A stretch of DNA of 64,000 nt from a virus, in IMG/VR virus record IMGVR_UViG_3300047353_000337, positions 8,814 through 72,813 of that record. One strand, given 5' to 3'. The notes under the pieces were generated by a model. The model was given only the letters and a program-made list of their open reading frames with translations, ran no database searches and had not been told where the DNA came from. A program made the position numbers and the translations under genes. This document shows, piece by piece, positions 58,273-64,000 of the stretch (position 1 is its first letter; each line of letters begins with the position of its first letter).

Positions 58273-58450
58273 CCACTTTTGGACATTTTTTATAAATTAT
58301 TTTTTTGTACCATTTAATAGAACCTATGCGACAGACGCCTAAAATGTACGATTTTCACGTCTAAACGGCTCTTAAACTGCATTTAACGTTTTTCTGGGGT
58401 GTTTGTATGTATTAGACTATAAGACCGTTATAAGAGCATTTAATGACGGT

Positions 58451-58831
58451 TTATTCGTGCCGTTTCATAGCCTTTGTAAGTCCGTACTTGCGTAAGTCCC
58501 CACTAAAAAGGTGTAATTCCATGCTCTTTTTTTCGTCTGTAACCCATATACTATATGATGTTAGATAGTAAGGACATGTAATAAATTGGTCTAAAAATAT
58601 ATAAGTTTGTGTTGTAAATTTAAAATCCCTAGGAAAAGGAATCTCGTACATCTGAATATCTAAATTTGTACCTAAAAAATCAAAGCCAGCTTCAGTAAGT
58701 CTTAGTCCGCCTGTTGATTTGCCTCTGGTGTTCTGCCACCAGTCTGACATATACTGTTTAACATTAGCATCACTGATAGCTGTGTCTGATTGTTTCAGAA
58801 AGACTTTAGTATATGTTTCTTTCCAGTTCAT
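58451..58831 (-). CDS. Hypothetical protein
   Basis: 126 aa, ATGA-coupled; WWQN.R....GLRLT..G. Confidence 0.72.
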   Translation of the reverse strand: MNWKETYTKVFLKQSDTAISDANVKQYMSDWWQNTRGKSTGGLRLTEAGFDFLGTNLDIQMYEIPFPRDFKFTTQTYIFLDQFITCPYYLTSYSIWVTDEKKSMELHLFSGDLRKYGLTKAMKRHE

Positions 58832-59118
58832 TCATCTGTAACCAGTTCACCTGAGGTAAGTTTATATACTGCAAAGTCTTCGCTTCTGAAAAGGTCGTTT
58901 AATTTTTTTGCTAGATTATGTGCATGTCCTGGATTTGAAAAAGATACTTTTTTGTATTTAGGTCCAGGATAGTTTGTAATTGCGTTTGACGTCTTTAGAT
59001 TGAATGGAGCACCTTTAAAAAATACAGCCCAAATAGCTTCGGCTTGTAAAACTTGCTCGCATTTGTAAGATGCTTTGTCAACATTCTCTAAAATAATCGT
59101 TGGTTTTGGTCTACTCAT
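58828..59118 (-). CDS. Hypothetical protein
   Basis: 96 aa, AAGGA RBS; MSRPKP...GPKYKKVSFSNPGHAHNLAKKLN. Confidence 0.75.
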   Translation of the reverse strand: MSRPKPTIILENVDKASYKCEQVLQAEAIWAVFFKGAPFNLKTSNAITNYPGPKYKKVSFSNPGHAHNLAKKLNDLFRSEDFAVYKLTSGELVTDE

Positions 59119-59182
59119 ATGCGTATCCTTTTAATTAACTACGCATATATTTATCTTTTTTTATTAGAAAAGTGCTACTATA

Positions 59183-59425
59183 TTAAACTTGTTGAGTGTT
59201 CATATAGTCTATTAGAATCTTAACATCATCTTGATTAATACAAAATACGTGTTGTATCTTGTTTGGATTACCGTCATACTCTTGTATTAACTTTTCAACT
59301 AGAGTTGGATAAAATTGAGGATCTGTTATAGTACCTGTACATAAATCTTCTGATTCAAATGTAGGTTTTGTAAATAGATAAGGGTCGTTTTGATTTAAAA
59401 ATAATACTAATATAAACCACTTCAT
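59183..59425 (-). CDS. Small hypothetical protein with hydrophobic N-terminus
   Basis: MKWFILVLF, two Cys; ATGA overlap. Confidence 0.6.
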   Translation of the reverse strand: MKWFILVLFLNQNDPYLFTKPTFESEDLCTGTITDPQFYPTLVEKLIQEYDGNPNKIQHVFCINQDDVKILIDYMNTQQV

Positions 59426-59670
59426 TTCCAGTCTCCACCGCCGTCCATAGTAACTGTTACAGTTTCATCATCTGCACTAGATTTATTATCAACGATAAGT
59501 TTTTCTAGTCTTCCTTGATGATTTGCCATTACAGTTCCTAAGGCGTATACAAGTGCTTTAGCTTGTGCTAGTGGAATTCTGATTTCTTTTTGGTTAGTAG
59601 TTTCAGCAGTCTTTACAACTTGTATAAACTGTTGAATTGGTATAGTATTAATTGGTTCGTTTGTTTGCAT
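59422..59670 (-). CDS. Hypothetical protein
   Basis: 82 aa ending MDGGGDWK; coupled. Confidence 0.65.
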   Translation of the reverse strand: MQTNEPINTIPIQQFIQVVKTAETTNQKEIRIPLAQAKALVYALGTVMANHQGRLEKLIVDNKSSADDETVTVTMDGGGDWK

Positions 59671-60127
59671 CTGAAAGTTCCTGTCTCATTGTAAATTCAG
59701 TTTTAAAAGGACCTTTGTAATCATACTTTTCAAGTGTGACTAGTTTAGGACAAAAACTTCGTACCCAACCCTTGTCAAAGTGAATAATGTAATATCCTGC
59801 CGCATACAAACTCTTAGACTTTTTACTTTTAGTAAAGAGAGGTAATTTCTTTTGTACATTGTACATTACATTGTAAGGTGTACTAGACGTCGAAAAACCG
59901 TGTATTTCTTTAGTAGCAGAACTACCATCTGATATAGTTGCTTTATCATAACTAATACCACCAATAAAACTATTAAATGATTTAATATCAGTAAAGTAAT
60001 CTGTTCCAGATGAACAACTATACATGTATCTTTTGTCTTCTTGTTTTGATAGTGTACCAATACGTTCACCATCTTTTTCTACAATCCAAAATTTGTTCTT
60101 TAGGATTGGCTTTGCCTTAATTGTCAT
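59648..60127 (-). CDS. Hypothetical protein
   Basis: Start at 60127 (GGAGG RBS); AKPILKNKFWIVE...PLFTKS.KSKS.YAAGYY...FCPKL. Confidence 0.72.
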   Translation of the reverse strand: MTIKAKPILKNKFWIVEKDGERIGTLSKQEDKRYMYSCSSGTDYFTDIKSFNSFIGGISYDKATISDGSSATKEIHGFSTSSTPYNVMYNVQKKLPLFTKSKKSKSLYAAGYYIIHFDKGWVRSFCPKLVTLEKYDYKGPFKTEFTMRQELSDANKRTN

Positions 60128-60140
60128 TCTTGCCTCCATG

Positions 60141-61124
60141 TTATGAATACCTCGCATTGAGTGGATCAGCATATAACTGAACATTGTCTGCAATCCGTTG
60201 CATATCGTGTTTAGCACAAAATTTCATTAAACGCATACCTACTTGTGTAACTTCTTTTGCAACCATGTTGTCTTCAATTACATCGTTAATAATACTTCTA
60301 ATGTTGCCGGGTTGTGCAGTTAAGTCACAAAGGACAACGTTACGTTGATAGTCATCAAGTACACGATGTTCTACACCTTCGTGATCAGTCCAGCGTTGTA
60401 GCATCATGTTGTTCCAGTTAAAGCCTTTATTGTCTTTATCTTCAAATGCTTCAATAAGACCAACTTTGTTCTTAGTACCTTTTGTACGTACACCAGGGTA
60501 TGCACTAAACACATTATCACTTGTGTCACCACGCATACACTTTTCAAACAACATAAATTCTGGATTAGGAGCAGGCTTCGGCTCTTTAGTTTTCTTGTCA
60601 ATAACAGGTTGCCTTTTCTTATCGTCAAAGTAACCTTCATGTGAAATAATTGTATTACTAACACCATTGTACTGTGTTACGTTCGGACCAATAAGTTGTG
60701 CAAAGTCACCGTCAGTACTAATAATAACATGTTTATCATTAGGATGTGCTTGTACCCAACCTGCAATAAGATCATCTGCTTCTAGCTCAGGGTGTTGCAT
60801 CACAGTACAATTAGTCTTTGTAGTTACAAAGTCTTTAAACTCATCGAACATCTCCCAAAACACTTTATCTTCTTCAGCTTGCGATTCAGTAAGTGCATCA
60901 CGTGCAACCTTTCTATTTCTCTTGTAAGGTTCGTAAAAGTCTTTACGCCAACTGCGTCCTTCTAAACAGAACACAACATGACTGCCATCAAAGTCAGCCC
61001 ATGCTTTTTTAATACTGCTTAGTGTAATATGAAAAGCCATGCCTATCTTTGTGTCAAGATCACCACGTATTACATGTCTTGCACGAAAGAATGTGTTAGC
61101 TGTGTCTACTAGAATATATGTCAT
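60141..61124 (-). CDS. rnh: T4 RNase H-like 5'-3' exonuclease (FEN/PIN fold)
   Basis: LVDTAN, SWRKDFY.PYK.NR, LEADDLIA, ISTDGDF.QL, RGDTSDNV. Confidence 0.88.
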   Translation of the reverse strand: MTYILVDTANTFFRARHVIRGDLDTKIGMAFHITLSSIKKAWADFDGSHVVFCLEGRSWRKDFYEPYKRNRKVARDALTESQAEEDKVFWEMFDEFKDFVTTKTNCTVMQHPELEADDLIAGWVQAHPNDKHVIISTDGDFAQLIGPNVTQYNGVSNTIISHEGYFDDKKRQPVIDKKTKEPKPAPNPEFMLFEKCMRGDTSDNVFSAYPGVRTKGTKNKVGLIEAFEDKDNKGFNWNNMMLQRWTDHEGVEHRVLDDYQRNVVLCDLTAQPGNIRSIINDVIEDNMVAKEVTQVGMRLMKFCAKHDMQRIADNVQLYADPLNARYS

Positions 61125-61153
61125 TAGTTTGCCTTTTTGTAATTTATAGTAGT

Positions 61154-61182
61154 ATTATAGCACCAGATCTGGCTTATGTCAA
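61154..61182 (-). promoter_or_regulatory. Sigma70 consensus promoter
   Basis: TTGACA-17 bp-TATAAT on - strand; spacer contains palindrome CCAGATCTGG. Confidence 0.88.
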
Positions 61183-61185
61183 GCA

Positions 61186-61569
61186 TTATTTAACTTCAGC
61201 TTTACCATTATCGTCTGCTTTACTAGTTTCAATATATCCCATACCTCGATCAGTTTGTTGACCGTCTTCTTCTAACATCTGTGTAGCAATAGTTCTAAAC
61301 CATTGATCAACAATATGCTCTGGTTGTTCGCCTGAGTATCCTGCATCAATAAGTTGTTCAATAAACTCATTGTTCCAATCGAGCTCAAAGAAACCGTTCT
61401 TAATGTTCTCTGGATTCACTTGTGTATCTAGTACTGCTACCCAAGGCTTCTTATCTTTAGTTGCTTGTGCTTTTTCTTTTTCAAGAATAGCTCTACGTTG
61501 TTCTTCTGCTGTAAGTTTTTTTACTTGTTCAGATTTCATACCCAACGCTTTTTTTACTTTATCTAACAT
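61186..61569 (-). CDS. Hypothetical protein
   Basis: 127 aa; PWVAVLD...NGFFELDWN..FI..L...GY.G...IVDQWF. Confidence 0.75.
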   Translation of the reverse strand: MLDKVKKALGMKSEQVKKLTAEEQRRAILEKEKAQATKDKKPWVAVLDTQVNPENIKNGFFELDWNNEFIEQLIDAGYSGEQPEHIVDQWFRTIATQMLEEDGQQTDRGMGYIETSKADDNGKAEVK

Positions 61570-61654
61570 ATATTACCATCCTGCCTTTCTTATTTTATCT
61601 TCGTTAATAGGTGCTTTCATAGCTTTTTCATGTTGCTTATTTTTGTATCGTGCA

Positions 61655-62563
61655 TCAAGTGCCCCACGCATTTCCGAAGAGTGAAATGTGTAGTCTTGGG
61701 GTAAATCTCCATCCTTCTGCCATACACGCTTCAGCCACGTCTTTAACGTTGAGGGCATATTCTTCACTGCGTCCACCCAACGGCATAAGATATACTGGAC
61801 ATTGTACCCCGGCACCTTGATAAGCACTGACAGCTCTTTTAACTTCATCAAAATCATCTTGAGTAGCGACAACAAACTTAAGATAGATGTCGCTATCAGT
61901 AACAGTGTTATACTGCTCAGCCACATCAGGCTTAATAGCAGTATCCCAAGGTTCTCCGCTAACACTAAGTTTTGGGGAACAAGACCAAGTAACTTGGATT
62001 CTGTCTTGATCGTTGAGATAGTTGAAGAAATCGTTGTGTAAGTGTTGTGTAGTATTTGTTTCAAATGTAACATTCCTTAAATCCTGCATACGTGGATGTT
62101 CAAATAAATCGATGTAGAGCTTTTGCCACGCCAATAAAGGCTCTCCACCTGTCATGATCAAATGTACGTCTTGACCATTATCTTGTACCCACTTACCGTT
62201 AGGAGTAAGTGATAGTAAATGTTCAACAACAGCATCAACACCTGCTAGTTTGTTAAAGTGTTTAAACTCAGGATAGATACTTGCATATGTATCACAGCCT
62301 GTGTGTATAATAGGCAAGTCGTTAAATTCTTTTGTAGTTTCGTGTACACCTTGATTGATAAGTTCCATTACTTCTGCGTTATGTTTCTTACCTGCTTTGT
62401 GTTGCTCCCAACGATCACGTTTTTCGTCTGTACCAAAGTTCATACAACGAAAGTTACAACCAAAGGTACGTAAGAACACACTAGGCACTCCTACAAATTT
62501 ACCTTCACCTTGTACACTATAAAATGCTTCTGAGTATCTTAATTGTTTTTCTTTACTTTCCAC
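61655..62563 (-). CDS. queE: 7-carboxy-7-deazaguanine synthase QueE (radical SAM)
   Basis: YSEAFYSVQGEG...PSVFLRTFGCNFRC...GCDTY, TGGEPLL, FETN.T, SCSPKL, LKFVV, YLMP, PRLH; GTG start at 62563 after AGGAG. Confidence 0.9.
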   Translation of the reverse strand: MESKEKQLRYSEAFYSVQGEGKFVGVPSVFLRTFGCNFRCMNFGTDEKRDRWEQHKAGKKHNAEVMELINQGVHETTKEFNDLPIIHTGCDTYASIYPEFKHFNKLAGVDAVVEHLLSLTPNGKWVQDNGQDVHLIMTGGEPLLAWQKLYIDLFEHPRMQDLRNVTFETNTTQHLHNDFFNYLNDQDRIQVTWSCSPKLSVSGEPWDTAIKPDVAEQYNTVTDSDIYLKFVVATQDDFDEVKRAVSAYQGAGVQCPVYLMPLGGRSEEYALNVKDVAEACMAEGWRFTPRLHISLFGNAWGT

Positions 62564-63242
62564 AAGCAAACTCCTGTTGTAGTTTAATGTTATCCATAAA
62601 CTCTTTCTTAGTACCTGCGTCATCTTTAAACGCACCTTTAAGTACAGTTGTTTGTGTAAGACTACTGTGTGCCTTAATACCTCTGTTCTCAACACAACCA
62701 TGTGTTGCTTGTACATAAACACCTAAGTGTTCTGCACCTGTTGCTTTTTGTATTTCACGAGTAATGTCGTTTGCAAGTTCTTCTTGTAGTGTACCACGTT
62801 CAGCACACCATTGTGCAATACGTGTATACTTAGATAGTCCAATTAATTTGTCAGCGGCAATAATACCAATGTACGCAACACCTTTTACAATTTGATGATG
62901 ATGTGAACACATACTTGTAAGTTCGCTTCTAACAACTAACATACCTGCATAACGGTCTTCACCATCATTTGGAAATGCAGTTGCGGCCGGCATAGGATCA
63001 TAACGTCCTGCCATTAATTCATTAATATACATTTTTGCTAGACGTTTGCCAGTTCCCATACTGTTAGGATCATTATGCCTATCAATCACAAGTGAGTCTA
63101 GCACACTTTCAAAGGCTACAGTTGCTTCTTCAATTAGTGCTTCTTTGTCACCGTCTACTAAAACATCACTGATATTGTCACCAGCCCACGATCTAATACC
63201 AGCTTCTTCTAGCCTTGTTTTAATTTCTTCACTTTTGTTCAT
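62553..63242 (-). CDS. folE: GTP cyclohydrolase I
   Basis: T.KRLAKMY, SMCSHH, IGLSKYTRI, LQEEL, HGCVENRG, TTVLKGAF. Confidence 0.95.
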   Translation of the reverse strand: MNKSEEIKTRLEEAGIRSWAGDNISDVLVDGDKEALIEEATVAFESVLDSLVIDRHNDPNSMGTGKRLAKMYINELMAGRYDPMPAATAFPNDGEDRYAGMLVVRSELTSMCSHHHQIVKGVAYIGIIAADKLIGLSKYTRIAQWCAERGTLQEELANDITREIQKATGAEHLGVYVQATHGCVENRGIKAHSSLTQTTVLKGAFKDDAGTKKEFMDNIKLQQEFACGK

Positions 63243-63287
63243 TTACTTCTCCGATGTTAAGGCAGTGGATTGCCTGTAATAGTTTAT

Positions 63288-63316
63288 ATTATACAATATA
63301 TTTAGGTCTATGTCAA
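63288..63316 (-). promoter_or_regulatory. Sigma70 consensus promoter for folE-queE
   Basis: TTGACA-17 bp-TATAAT on - strand. Confidence 0.88.
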
Positions 63317-64000
63317 CCTTTTTTAACATAATTTAGGTAGTCTTTGGCAATCAATTCATGTATATTCTTAGTATAATGCTCGCCGTCGACTCTGTGTTCG
63401 TCCGTTTCTATGTTAATGGCCTTTGCTAATTGCAAATAACCTTCTGCGGACGATGATGCTTTTGTACCTGCTTGCCAATCTCCGTAAAGCTCAACATTGT
63501 CAGGAACAAATACTCTATTGTTAATCGTCCATTGATACCATTTAATATCTCGTCTAGCACACATAGTATCAATTGCTAATAAGTCTAAACAATAGTCTTT
63601 GTATTGTAAAGGTGTTACTAGCTCGTGCCAAAGTTTTGTGTAGATATACTTTTCATGAAAGGGTTTAAAGTCTGCTTGTACTTTCATATCATCAAAAAAG
63701 AAACCTTTGAATTCTTCATAGTTCTCTTTTCTAACTTGATCAATCATTTCAATGTAATTTTCAGTTACACGATGATCTGTATATCTTTGTATCTTTTTGT
63801 CTTTTGGTTGATTGTCATCTAAGAATAAATCTACATTTGTGTTTTCACCAACATCTAAGTTACGTGAACATGCAAGTAAGAATCTATTCCAGTATGTACT
63901 TTGTACAAATACTTCATCAATGTCGTCATAACGATCAAGCATTGATTTAACCCAGGCAGGATATTTTCTATTACACCCGCCTGGCTGGCTGTAAATAACA
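63313..64000 (-). CDS. SGNH-like protein, 5' truncated by window edge
   Basis: Frame is open to the window end (VIYSQPGGCNRKY...); QST..NR and C-terminal DGEHY...H as in SGNH-like proteins. Confidence 0.6.
   Translation of the reverse strand, partial: VIYSQPGGCNRKYPAWVKSMLDRYDDIDEVFVQSTYWNRFLLACSRNLDVGENTNVDLFLDDNQPKDKKIQRYTDHRVTENYIEMIDQVRKENYEEFKGFFFDDMKVQADFKPFHEKYIYTKLWHELVTPLQYKDYCLDLLAIDTMCARRDIKWYQWTINNRVFVPDNVELYGDWQAGTKASSSAEGYLQLAKAINIETDEHRVDGEHYTKNIHELIAKDYLNYVKKG

Noticed and set aside
61672-62073. Long 166-aa overlapping ORF within queE
   Set aside because: Out-of-frame shadow of queE; only its last 32 codons are kept as a candidate
62564-62722. N-terminal extension of queE given by the ORF track
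   Set aside because: Overlaps folE; AGGAG + GTG at 62563 gives a normal QueE start
1-64000. CRISPR arrays, tRNA/rRNA, introns/inteins, IS elements, stop-codon recoding
   Set aside because: None recognised by eye; coding density is high under the standard code. A tRNAscan/Infernal run is needed to exclude small RNAs formally

Overview
AT-rich segment of a large T4-like (myovirus/jumbo) tailed phage genome; no cellular housekeeping operons, rRNA, tRNA, CRISPR or IS were recognised. (1) 1-29.6 kb, + strand: late baseplate/tail module with a gp5-like spike ending in a GH19-type lysozyme, PAAR, gp25, gp6, a 5,013-aa giant structural protein and three paralogous tail fibres. (2) 29.6-53 kb, mostly +: a tightly packed block of about 30 tailoring enzymes, comprising 4-5 glycosyltransferase-like genes, 5 radical SAM enzymes (one B12-type), a free SPASM/twitch-like protein, 6 2OG-Fe(II)-type oxygenases, 2 nitroreductase-like proteins, a carbamoyltransferase, DegT and class IV aminotransferases, 2 methyltransferases, a GNAT, GMP reductase and a minimal adenylating enzyme. 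It is closed by an inverted orphan tail fibre. (3) 54-64 kb, - strand: early/middle genes (AAA ATPase + VWA/metallopeptidase, RNase H-like nuclease, queE, folE) behind near-perfect sigma70 promoters. Best leads: the enzyme cluster (virion or nucleotide hypermodification), start-codon-occluding hairpins directly after late promoters, leaderless late genes, a GGCA motif in all four early leaders, and a triple-hairpin intergenic element. Functional calls come from motif recognition by eye, not from database searches.
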